The notes under the pieces: model-generated
What the model was told of the DNA's origin: nothing
Seen by the model: only the letters and a program-made list of their open reading frames with translations
Database searches by the model: none
Made by a program: the position numbers and the translations under genes
Shown: piece by piece, positions 24,812 to 36,417 of the stretch
Layout of the letters: every line of letters begins with the position of its first letter
Position numbering within the stretch: the first letter of the stretch is position 1
DNA from: Tubiluchus corallicola
Taxonomy: Eukaryota; Animalia; Priapulida
NCBI GenBank assembly: GCA_030141605.1
Contig: JAQGDQ010002379.1
Span: forward strand, 62,001 to 126,000
Length of the DNA stretch: 64,000 nt
Direction of reading: 5' to 3'

Positions 24812-24930
24812 GTCTACGGCCATATCACATTGAATACACCGGTTCTCGTCTGATCACCGAAGTTAAGCAATGTAGAGCGTGGTTAGTACTTGGATGGGTG
24901 ACCGCCTAGGAATACCACGTGCTGTAGTCT
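24812..24930 (+). rRNA. 5S rRNA gene, copy 3
   Basis: 119 nt with intact boxes A and C and oligo-T; one helix I mismatch (GTAGTCT). Confidence 0.9.
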
Positions 24931-25769
24931 TTTTAGTGATTGACAATTATCTAGCGAAGTGTGTGCACAACACGAACACTTTAGATTGTCTTTGATTTTT
25001 GGAAGTTGAAGTGGTGGAAATAAATGTCTGTCTCGACCTTACGTTGATTTTTATTTTTTTGCATTTTAATGTGAAAAACTATCTATTTGTTACGTTTCTC
25101 GAATGTTACACAAGGTAAGGAAAAATGAAAATAAACTAGAAAATCAGCCACTGCCCTTCAAAAATGATTTTTGATTTTCATAAAAAATCAAAACAGGTAC
25201 TTTGTTATGCTTGGAAATCGTAGTAATCGTAGTATGCGTAGAAAATCAGCCACTGCCCTTCAAAACTGATTTTTGATTTTCATAAAAAATCAAAACAGGT
25301 ACTTTGTTACTACGTTCACCGTAATCTATCTACTGTTTCTATATTATCTCTTTTTAACGAAATGCAGAAGTTAAGCAACCTCGAACCTGGTTTGGTTTTG
25401 CGTTTGAATGGGTGACTGCCCGGCGACTGCTGATGCTGGTAACTTCTTAACTTGGTGCTTAGACTTTTTTAAATGGTCAGGAAGGGTGATGAAAAATGCT
25501 GTAAGATCTTCTTCACCACTCAAAAATGGATTTTTGTTCTGACAAATATTTTTAAATGAAGAATATTTTTGCTTGTTCATGCTTGATCATTCTCATGTTT
25601 AATTATGTCATATTTAGAAGGTAATATACTTGAGCTCGGTATTTCAACCTCCCTGATACTTTATAATTTCATGTTATATTTTTATTTATACTTTGCATTA
25701 CAATACTAAAAAGGTTTGCTTGTTCATGTACATCATTTCTATGTTAACTCGTCTTAAGAAACTCCTAAT

Positions 25770-25834
25770 GTCTACGGCCATATCACATTGAATACACCAG
25801 TAATCGTCTGATCACCGAAGTTAAGCAATGTAGA
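25770..25834 (+). pseudogene. Truncated 5S rRNA copy
   Basis: 5S 5' half up to CAATGTAGA, then an abrupt switch to the satellite. Confidence 0.85.
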
Positions 25835-26605
25835 CTATTGTCTACAGTGCACTCTTGTCTACAGTGCACTCTTGTCTACTGTGCACTATTGTCTACAGTG
25901 CACCCTTGTCTACAGTGTACTCTTGTCTACAGTGCACTATTGTCTACAGTGCACTATTGTCTACAGTGCACTCTTGTCTACTGTGCACTCTTGTCTACTG
26001 TGCACTATTGTCTACAGTGCACTATTGTCTACTGTGCACTATTGTCTACAGTGCACTCTTGTCTACTGTGCACTCTTGTCTACTGTGCACTATTGTCTAC
26101 TGTGCACTATTGTCTACTGTGCACTATTGTCTACAGTGCACTCTTGTCTACTGTGCACTCTTGTCTACTGTGCACTATTGTCTACTGTGCACTATTGTCT
26201 ACAGTGAACTCTTGTCTACTGTGCACTATTGTCTACAGTGCACTCTTGTCTACTGTGCACTCTTGTCTACTGTGCACTATTGTCTACTGTGCACTATTGT
26301 CTACAGTGAACTCTTGTCTACTGTGCACTATTGTCTACCGTGCACTATTGTCTACCATGCACTATTGTCTACTGTGCACTATTGTCTACTGTGCACTCTT
26401 GTCTACAGTGAACTCTTGTCTACTGTGCACTATTGTCTACAGTGCACTCTTGTCTACTGTGCACTCTTGTCTACTGTGCACTATTGTCTACTGTGCACTA
26501 TTGTCTACAGTGAACTCTTGTCTACTGTGCACTATTGTCTACCGTGCACTATTGTCTACCGTGCACTATTGTCTACAGTGCACTATTGTCTACTGTGCAC
26601 TATTG
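25835..26605. repeat. 17-bp satellite, ~45 copies
   Basis: Unit ttgtctac(a/t)gtgcact(a/c). Confidence 0.96.
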
Positions 26606-28100
26606 AGCTTTAAAACCAAGACTTCGTATACTTAAAAGTAAAAGGTCATTTACTGCCATTGTCAGCAAAAACAATGGAGAAAAATCGTGGCATGGATTTT
26701 TTGCAAAAAATTACGGATTCATGCAACCAAAGTCCACTGCAAGATGCTGCAGACTTCGACGAATTATCAGCAGCTCAGAAAATTACACAGAAAAAAGCTT
26801 AGAATCAATGCGATTAGCTGCATTAAAGACCTTCGGTTACACCAAGAGACTTAGCTAATTAACTTCAGTAATTGCTATAATGTAGTTGCTTTGTGACATA
26901 TGCTGTGATTACAATCCCACATATTCGCCTGTTTTTCCATTACTTCCTTGTATAATTGTTGTCTGATAAACAGTTTCTCTGTCTGTTCTTTGTTCTCTGC
27001 TTGATTGGTTGGTTGGGTGGCATACTAGCTGTCAGACATTGGTTGATTGGTTGTTTGGTGAGTAAGTCGGTTGTTCAGACAACCGATTGGTTGGTTGACT
27101 GATTGAGAAGTAGGTGTAGTTCTGAATGTGCTTGTCGTGTTGTACACTGGATGCATGTCTCCTAGCTTGCTTACTTGGAAAGCTTTTTAGGTGCTTTGCA
27201 GAGTAGTGAGTTGATTGTGTGTTTTCTTTTATTTGACTGATTAATTTTCAAGTTTAATTTGTTTCCATGACACTTTCGCGTTAACTGTATTTTGCCGCTT
27301 GATATTGTTGGGATATTTCTCAGATATAAGGCATTACATGTGTTCCATTAATGTAATTAGTCAATTGTGTTCGTGATTTCGCTCTTTGTCCCTTGTATAG
27401 CTGTTTTCCATGTAACAGATTTCTGTGTATTATCTGGTCTTCAATATAAAAATCATGTACGTCTTTATGTTATTACTTTGTAAGCTTTGTACCTTTACTA
27501 AATTTAGCTGCTTATGTTTGCATTTGCATACAAACCTTAGTTCACATTTTTATAGTTATTTGTGCTATTTGTACTTTACTTTTCATTAATTTCTATTAAC
27601 TGTAGAACTTATTGTTAATATATTATAATGTTAATATAATATAACAATTATCATATTGACAATTTTGCTGTTCTTTTTTACAAAAATTTATTTCTCACAA
27701 AGAAGAGTTTCAGAATTATACACAACCGATTTAGATTTCTATTTTTAACGTCTCATGATAAACGTGCAGCGATTAACTTTTAATTTATTTTCTTTGTATG
27801 GAGAATCCTCAAAACGACTCGAATCGAAACAAGGGAATATTTTACCTTCACATACAGATATAGTAAAGATAACTTAGACTAGCATTTACATCTTTTACAT
27901 TAGAAAAACATTGAAAAGGCAGTCTGAAATATAACAGCTACAAGTGGATCTGAAACAAACGTGGATATATCAAGGAGAAGTGGATCTACGTCAAGCACGG
28001 ATGGACTCCGGATCTGTTGAAGAACTATTCTACTGTCCATAACTGTAGAAGTATTGTAAAAAGAATGTTCAATCTATGTTCAACTTGGGAATCACAGGAT

Positions 28101-29052
28101 TTACCAGAAACCACCACCGTATCCACGGCCATAAGATACACGTCCGTAGCCACCAAGTCCACCGTATCCACGTCCGTAGTAACCACGGCCATATCCACCA
28201 TATCCACCAAATCCACCATATCCACGTCCGTAGTAACCACCGCCATATCCACCAAATCCACCGTATCCACTTCCATATCCGTAACCTAATCCACGTCCAT
28301 AGCCAAGGCCACGTCCATAGCCCAAGCCTCGTCCGTAGCTGCCACCATAAAATCCGCTGGCACTGACTACAGCAACCTACAAATGTATTATCAATGAAAC
28401 TGTTGTACAAATGAACTTATCAATGAAACTGTTGTACACGTGAACTTATCAATGAAACTGTTGTACAAATGAACTATCAATGAAACTGTTGTACAAATGA
28501 ACTATCAATGAAACTGTTGTACAAATGTACTTATCAATGAAACTGTTGTACAAATAAACTTATCAATGAAACTGTTGTACAAATGTACTTATCAATGAAA
28601 CTGTTGTACAAATAAACTTATCAATGAAACTGTTGTACAAATGAACTATCAATGAAACTGTTGTACAAATGTACTTATCAATGAAACTGTTGTACAAATG
28701 AACTTATCAATGAAACTGTTGTACAAATGAACTTATCAATGAAACTGTTGTACAAATGTATTATCAATGAAACTGTTATACAAATAAAAACTTCTTGTTC
28801 TTTTAACTTCTTTTGTCTCCAAATGTAATTAAATAGTTTGACTGAAATGTTGTTGGCTAACACAAACCAATGCCAAGTACATGTGTCGACGTACTTTGAT
28901 TGATGCAGTAAAGGCTACGTTGTATTAAATAGAAACGTGAATGTAAATTAACTAGGTGTGGTACTCGAACATGAACAATTGGCTAAATTGTGAAATTCCG
29001 TCCATAGACGACTTACCAAAACGGCAAGGAGGAAAGCTAGAGTGATCTTCAT
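28101..29052 (-). CDS. Secreted Gly/Tyr/Arg-rich structural protein (103 aa)
   Basis: complement(join(28101-28376,29017-29052)): MKITLAFLLAVL|VAVVSA then SGFYGGSYGRGLGYGRG...YGRGYGGGFW*. Phase-0 GT-AG intron; probable 5' UTR exon ending at donor 29888 and a TATTTAA box at ~29965-29971. Confidence 0.88.
28379..28785. repeat. 28-29-bp intronic minisatellite, ~14 copies
   Basis: Unit ttatcaatgaaactgttgtacaaatgaac abuts the acceptor site of the Gly/Tyr exon. Confidence 0.95.
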
Positions 29053-30339
29053 TTTCCTAACAAGAAAAAATATTTAATTAACAAACTAGAACTTGAATGG
29101 GCATTCGATAAAAAATCAATAATTGTCATTTTCCAAATTATTTTAGCATAAAACTGACAATGCTCTAATGATCAATGTTGTTTGGTGAAGAGACTGCAAT
29201 CAAAAGTGATGAAAACTCACCTAATGCTGATCAAGGGTTAAATAAAGTGTTTGATACATGTATTAGTACAACATGTATTATACTAAATTTCGCAAAAAAG
29301 AAGACAATTAGTCAGTTTGTGCTAAATTTCTTTGGTAGCCAAAGTTAAGCAGTCGCAAAAAGACTGTGAAGCATCAATGAACGCCTGGATTAAGTTTAGA
29401 TTATGCCGGTTTAGTAGCGGAAACCGTTTAAAACAGAATTTTGATACGTTCAATATTTTGATGGCTTAGAGGTAAACGTATTATGTAAAATTTGCAATAA
29501 ATTAAGACATTTGTGCTAAATTTCCTTCTTAGCAAAAATTAAACAAACTCGAAAAGCTAAAAGAGACAAAAACGGGGATAGGTATGTACATTTTACGTTT
29601 TCAAACAGTTTCCCTTACTGACTCGTACGTTTCAAAATGTAAAATAATTTCGTCTCAATCTTGCTACTCCTATATTGTAGATAAAGTTTGTCGTAAATGT
29701 TAAGATAAAACGAAACATCTTGTAAGTTTACTCTTCAAAAAATACCACTGAATGTATTACCAAGAAATCTTTCAAACATTTTAAAAAAAGTTGCCGTTTG
29801 TAACGATAAAAAACGCAGTTCGTAAGATGACTAGGTCATATACTAAAACTTCAAAATGCTTACTTTAGTAATAGTAAAAAATACTTACAATTATAAGTTG
29901 AGTTGAGATTCGTGTGGTACCACAGACGACAGGCGTATGGTAGCAACACCGGTCTCATCACGCCTTAAATACTTCCATCGGCTGGTGACCATGAGAGTCA
30001 AGCTCTTAATCACAGATACCTGAAGTCAGCAGCAGCAGTAGCAGCCGGATTTTTAACGAACAACCTTCTGTCACCCATCAAAATAAAAGTGTTGTTTTCT
30101 GTCCTGAGAGACCGCGCATGTAATTTAAAGCCCTAGCAAGGCAGTTACTGAATATGAAACAAACAGAAAAACAATGACGTCTCTGTGCATTACCAGTGTA
30201 AATTAACGTTAGTGGAAGGTTGGAAAAACGCCTTTTATTTGAATGCATGTGTTTTGTTGATACTGATAATTATTTTCCCTAAAAAAACTTGAAGGGTACA
30301 GGGGGTAAGTGATTTGTAGTTAATTGTGCTCAACAGAAA

Positions 30340-31485
30340 ATTGGAGACATAGTTTAGACAACAAGCAATACATTTTAGCGGCATTTTTGGATTTAAGTAA
30401 AGCATTCGATAGCATTAACGCTCGAACTACTTTACGATAACTTAAAACAAATCAGATTTTATTCGATATCGTTAAAACTGATAGAAAATCATCTCAAAGA
30501 TGGACAAGAACGAGTAATGATACAACCAACTTTTCTGACTGGGCAACGTTAAACAGACGTATACCGCAAGGAACACTACTACTTTATTATTTTGCCTATA
30601 TATAAACAACATATCCAGTGTATTACAACACTCACAAATAACGCTGATGACACTACAATCTACATAGCCCATGAAAATATCCAAACTGCAAAAATTTATT
30701 TAGAAAAAGATATAAAAAATATAAATACGGCATTTAGTCATTACAAGCTAAATATGAATAATGACAAAACATAAACCATGATACTGTCACCCTCATTAAA
30801 TACTAATGATGCATCATCAACCACTTTGACAATAGATAATGCTGTAATCAAACAAACTAATAATGATAAATTTCTGGGCATACAGGTAGACAATAATCTT
30901 TCACGGGATGACACTTTAATAACATATACACAAAAATGGCATCAAGCACATCATATCTCCGACAAGTTAAAGGGCAGCTAATAAAGGAAACTAAGTCACT
31001 AATATATAAAACTTTAGTTCTACCACACTTCTTATATGGATGTACGCTACTTCAAAAAACCAAAAGAGAAAATTACTTAAAATTAAATCTCCTTCAGAAC
31101 TATGTGTTGAGATTAATAGCTGGGTACTCATACAAACGTAAGGCAGGTAGACAAAAATTTAAAGCTTCAACAACTAACCTGAGAAAAACGTAAAAATTCC
31201 CAATCATTGAAGCACACAAAGAATATTTTACTCTGCTTTTTACATTTAAATACATTAACAACATCAGCAAACCATTCCGGAATAACAGATTTACCTTTTT
31301 TCCAAGTCTAATCGTTAATTCCAGAACAAGCAATCTAAAACAAATTAGGACAAATACCCACTATGGAACGAACTCTGTAATCAAACAAGCAATTCTACTT
31401 TGGAATTCTCTACCATTACAGGTTAAACAAATCAAGTCCCTATCAGCATTTAAAACAAAATTAAAATAACTAATATTAACCTAAT
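30340..31485 (+). mobile_element. 5'-truncated, frameshifted LINE (CR1/L2-like group) reverse transcriptase relic
   Basis: Motifs across frames: AFLDLSKAFDSIN (30381), IPQG, ADDTTI, KFLGIQVDNNLS, LIYKTLVLPHFLYG, LWNSLP, SAFKTKL. Confidence 0.88.
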
Positions 31486-31699
31486 ATGAAATATCATCAC
31501 ACCAGTACGACAACATACACACTAATTCAGAATTTATATATCCACGGCCATATTAATTAAATCATACTTTTTTCGTTTTTTGTTCATAGTTGTAAATATG
31601 CTTGATTTTATTCGTCATTACTGCACAGTAAGTTTAGCAGTGTAAGTTTTTATTAACTAACACTGATTGATCATCTCTGTAAAGTTACTCTTACTTTAC

Positions 31700-31816
31700 C
31701 TCACTCACTCACTCACTCACTCACTCACTCACTCACTCACTCACTCACTCACTCACTCACTCACTCACTCACTCACTCACTCACTCACTCACTCACTCAC
31801 TCACTCACTCACTCAC
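31700..31816. repeat. (TCAC)n microsatellite
   Basis: Perfect tetramer run. Confidence 0.97.
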
Positions 31817-31822
31817 TTACTC

Positions 31823-32050
31823 CTGCAGCACCTGGTATTCCTTGTTGGTCCCCCATCCAAGTACTAACCCCCCTCTTCGTTGCTTAACTTCGGTGATCAG
31901 AAGAGAACCGGTGTCTTCAACGTGATTTGAACCTAGTATTCCTTGTCGGTCACCCATCCAAGTACTAACCCGCCTCTTCGTTGCTTAACTTCGGTGATCA
32001 GACGAGAACCCTTGTCATCAACCTGTTTTGAACAACCGGTATTTTCAACG
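31823..32050 (-). pseudogene. Two head-to-tail 5S-derived sequences on the minus strand
   Basis: Reverse-complement 5S motifs (ccatccaagtactaacc, gcttaacttcggtgatcag, gagaacc) occur twice (~31823-31929 and ~31932-32050); no oligo-T terminator and no array spacer. Confidence 0.85.
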
Positions 32051-32330
32051 CCGTAATTGTGTATAAGCAGATGCGCGTGATATACAAGAATTGCAAACTT
32101 GCTACATAGGAACATGTACTAATGCGTATAAATTGTCCTCAAATACCAGTAAAATCCACACTAAGTTTCGTTTATTAACAATCAGTATGCAAATCAGTAA
32201 CAACAGTATACAAACATGTTTAATATTAGCCTATATCGATTCGATTTTTTTACTTTTTCAAGAACGGAAGTGAACGAGTTAAAAAAAGACAAAAATTCGG
32301 ATTTCCGTGATAAGTAATCTAGCTTGTCGC

Positions 32331-32554
32331 CTAGAATTCACAAATATACGGAAATTTTGCTGTATCACACGAGAAGTCATTCCACGTGTTCCCATTTGCC
32401 CGCAAGATGGCGCAGCTTTCGCCATCGCCGTAATTTTCTGGTTGGCCATCTGCTACATCCCAAGAAGTAAAAAGGGCAGGTCGACCTGTTGCAAACCACC
32501 TCCAGTCACCCTCCTCGTGTATGTCCATTAAACCAATCCAAAAATGCTCACCAG
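32331..32554 (-). CDS. C-type lectin domain, terminal exon only (upstream exons not found)
   Basis: ataaag|ct then GEHFWIGLMDIHEEGDWRW...WDVADGQPENYGDGESCAIL...WNDFSCDTAKFPYICEF*; WIGL, WND and Cys pattern of a CTLD. Confidence 0.8.
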
Positions 32555-33149
32555 CTTTATTAAAAACAAAATATAATTAATATTAAATTTGGTTATTTAC
32601 CATTATATTTTCATATAATATAACAGTTATTTAACTTTTATACATTCCTCGGCAATTATAACGTACTTTACCACTCCCATGAAACACTAAAATAACAAAT
32701 ATTACCAGTGATTTTTTTGAAATTTTTTTGCTCAAACAGCCTGCAGAAAAAAACGTTCTGACGGCACCTGGTGGGACTCTCGAAGGGAGATATACAGCTC
32801 TTTAGAAAGGGGAAGAACAGGGCTATACGATGATGTGGGCTATATTAGGACACGTCCATCAAGAGCAGTGACGACGACTTAATTAGATGTTCTATTTTTG
32901 GCAATTTTCGCTTGGAAAACTGCTGACGCAAAGCCATTGTTGTGACGTCATCCATTATACTCTGCCTGTAACTTTAATTCAGTAAAAGCTTCTGGCTTTG
33001 CGTTAGATAAACAGACAAACACTAGGTAGAATGTTTGCGCATATTTGATTATGAGTGGATTTATAAGCAAAATTTTTTTGCGGGGCCTTTGCTAGTTTGT
33101 TTATTAATTCACTCAATCGTTTATTCACACACAATCATTCATTCATTTA

Positions 33150-33320
33150 TTCAGTTAGTCAGTCAGTCAGTCAGTCAGTCAGTCAGTCAGTCAGTCAGTC
33201 AGTCAGTCAGTCAGTCAGTCAGTCAGTCAGTCAGTCAGTCATTCGGTCGGTCGGTCGGTCGGTCGGTCGGTCGGTCAGTCGGTCGGTCGGTCAGTCAGTC
33301 AGTCAGTCAGTCAGTCATTC
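33150..33320. repeat. (CAGT)n/(CGGT)n compound microsatellite
   Basis: Directly visible. Confidence 0.95.
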
Positions 33321-34042
33321 GTTCACTCATTCAGTAAATAATTTAAAAAACTTACAATTACTTATTTATTTGTGTGATTTATCTGCAGACAATTAAGACA
33401 AAATCAATATTCAAGCTACGAAGAAATAAAAACACAAATAGATAAACAGACAAAATGACACAAAACATACAAATAGTGTAATCTTCAAGAATCACGAAAT
33501 TGTAATGTGACATGCAATGACATAATCGATGAAAAGTTGATCCAAGTTACTCCAAGGTCTTGCATAACCTCACATTTGGTCACTCACTAGCGGAGACGAA
33601 AGGTATGCATCTGAGAAATAATGGGTAAAAGCCCAAGGAGTCAAATCAAATATTGCAAACTGCAGCAATTATCATTTTGAATTTGCCAATGATTGCTTGA
33701 TTTACTATAATAGTTATTTCAGTTGAGAGCTTTACAAGTTGTACAAGATGTACTCAAAAACTAATCACGTACAGTCAAGATGTACACGCTACAGAATCTC
33801 CTAGTAAGACTGCTATTCGTTGTTAATTATTACTAGTAAATTAGTTAATTCCAGTTCTTATCGGTTTAGCATGTCCCATTAACTTGGAAAATGGTCAAAC
33901 GTAACACATTTCTCATTTGTATTTTTCTCATAGGAATATATGATGGCAGCGAAGACAACTCTCTAATCCAATGCTGTTTTATCGTACACCTGGTTTTACT
34001 AGATTATGAATACTATAAATACTACTTGTGCTGTGCCGAGCA

Positions 34043-34163
34043 AGCTACAGCCAAATCACGTTGAAAACACCGGTTTTCGTCTGATCCCCAAAGTTAAGTA
34101 ATGTAGAGACCCTGGTTAGTACTTGGATGGGTGACCGCCTAGGAATACTACGTGCTGTTGACT
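34043..34163 (+). pseudogene. Divergent 5S copy (probable pseudogene)
   Basis: Full length with oligo-T but many helix-breaking changes (GATCCCCAAAG, AAGTAATG, GCTGTTGAC). Confidence 0.75.
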
Positions 34164-34809
34164 TTTTTGCTAGTGCCTATTAACTATTGAAGTGTGTGCA
34201 CAACACGACCATTTCATTTTTGCAGAATTGTTTCTGACTTTTGGAAGTAGAAGTGATAGGAATAAGTGTCTGTCTGAACATTATTTTGATTTTTATTTGC
34301 TTTGCATTTTAATGTCTAAAACTATCTATTTGTTACGTTTCTCAAATACTACACACAAAAATTCAAAACAGATACTTTGTTACTACGTTCACCTTAATCT
34401 ATCTATTATTTCTATATTATCTCTTTTAACGAAATACAGAAGTTACGCAACCTCGAACCTGGTTTGGTTTTGCGTTTGAATGGGTGACTGCCCGGGACTG
34501 ACATTTTTTTAAATGGTCAGGAAGGCTGATGACAAAAGCTGTAAAATCTTCTTCAACACTCAAAAATGGATTTTTGTTCTGACTGATATTTTTAAATGAA
34601 GGATCTCTTTGCTTGTTCATGCTTGATCATTCCCATGTTTAATTATGTCATATTTAGAAGGTAATAGACTTGAGCACGGTATTTTAACATCTCTGATATT
34701 TTAGAATTTCATATGATATTTCTATTTATACTTTGCATTAAAATACTAAAAAGGTTTGTTTATTCATGTACATCATTTCTATGTTAACTCATCTTAAGAA
34801 ACTGCTAAT

Positions 34810-34928
34810 GTCTACGGCCATATTACATTGAATACACCGGTTCTCGTCTGATCACCGAAGTTAAGCAATGCAGAGTGTGGTTAGTACTTGGATAGGGGAC
34901 CGCCTAGGAATACCACGTGCTGTAGACT
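34810..34928 (+). rRNA. 5S rRNA gene in the second mini-array (variant)
   Basis: 119 nt plus T7; same spacer as the first array; several private substitutions. Confidence 0.8.
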
Positions 34929-35634
34929 TTTTTGCTAGAGTGATTATTAACAATCAAAGTGTGTGCACAACACGACCATATCATTTTGACAGTATTGTTT
35001 TTGATTTTTGGAAGTTGAAGTGGTGGAAATAAATGTCTGTCTCGACATTACGTTGATTTTTTTTGGCATTTTAATGTGAAAGACTATCTATTTGTTACGT
35101 TTCTCGAATATCACACAAAGTGAACAAAAATGAAAATAAAACTAGAAAATCAGCCACTGCCCTTCAAAAATTATTTTTGATTTTCATATAAAAATTCAAA
35201 ACAGATACTTTGTTCCTACGTTCACCTTAATCTATCTATTATTTCTATATTATCTCTCTTTAACGAAATGCAGAAGTTAAGCAATCTCGAACCTGGTTTT
35301 GCGTTTGAATGGGTGACTGTCCGGGAATTCTGGTATTGCTAACTTCTTAACTTGGTGCTTAAATTTTTTTTAAATGGTCAGGAAGGGTGATGACAAATGC
35401 TGTAAAATCTTCTGCACCACTCAAAAATGGATTTTTGTTCTGACTGATATTTTTAAATGTGTATTCTTTTTGCTTGTTCATGCTTGATCATTCCCATGTT
35501 TAATTGCGTCATATTTAAAAGATAATATACTTGAGCACGGTATTTGAACCTCCCCGATACTTTATAATTTCATGTGATATTTTTATTTATACTTTGCATT
35601 ACAATACTAAGAAGGTTTGCTCGTTCATGTATAA

Positions 35635-35960
35635 TGTTACAGAGGCACCTGTGTCGGGTGTAGGGCCCTCTACACGCCCTGCTTTCACGTCAGCAGCGAC
35701 TCACCCCTTTTTTGTAGGTCCAGACGTCTTGTTTGGGCCTACACGTGGTGGAAGAAGCCAGCAGCCCTGGAATGCCAGTAAAAAAGCGTGTAGAGGTCAC
35801 TAGAGCCTTGATTTGTGACACAGCTGCTCCTCGGGCGTAGTGCTGTTACTTAGCTATTTTTTGTGTGTGTATTTTGTTCCCCTATAAGTGCTGGTAATAA
35901 ACTCCGTACAGTGTAATTTTTGTGTTTTATATTGTGAGAGTTAAATGACATGCTATAACA
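35635..35960 (+). mobile_element. Possible solo LTR
   Basis: TGTTA...TAACA termini, internal AATAAA and higher GC; replaces the 5S spacer just before the next expected gene; no TSD seen. Confidence 0.4.
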
Positions 35961-36044
35961 GGTATCTGGTATTAGTTCACAGATATTAGCTTAATTAATT
36001 AGCATAACATTTATAATTAAAAGTAACATTTGTAGTTAAGTACT

Positions 36045-36417
36045 CAGGGCCTCTTTCAGCTTAAGAGAGGCCCGGGAAAGTGGGGCGTGTGAGGCCCCCT
36101 CGAGGGGGAGGGCAAAGCGCCCAGAAAAATTTTGAACTGCTAGAACGCCGGAGAAGCATTTTCGAAGAGAAAACATGGAGTTACACAGTTGTTAAAGGAA
36201 AGAACAATTGAAAGAAAAACTGCTTTATTCTCAAAACCAGTCCTTAATACTTGTCAATACTGGCAAACGGCGCGCGTGCGGCAAGAGAGAGAGAGGGGGG
36301 AGCGGAGGAAGTATGTTCGCATAAAGCAAAAAAATGTTACCTTGGCATCAGGCCCCCTGGAGGGTGAGGCCCCGGGGAATTGTCCCCACTTAACCCCCCC
36401 CCCTAAAATAGGGCCTG
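36045..36417. mobile_element. hAT-type MITE (373 bp)
   Basis: Perfect 8-bp TSD TAAGTACT (36037-36044 and 36418-36425); imperfect TIRs CAGGGCCT...AGGGCCTG. Confidence 0.85.

Noticed and set aside
25838-26635. Cys-rich 265/252-aa ORFs
   Set aside because: Translations of the 17-bp satellite.
28017-28410. His/Ile-rich, Ser/Thr-rich and Trp-rich ORFs
   Set aside because: Alternative frames of the Gly/Tyr exon; only that frame splices to a signal-peptide exon.
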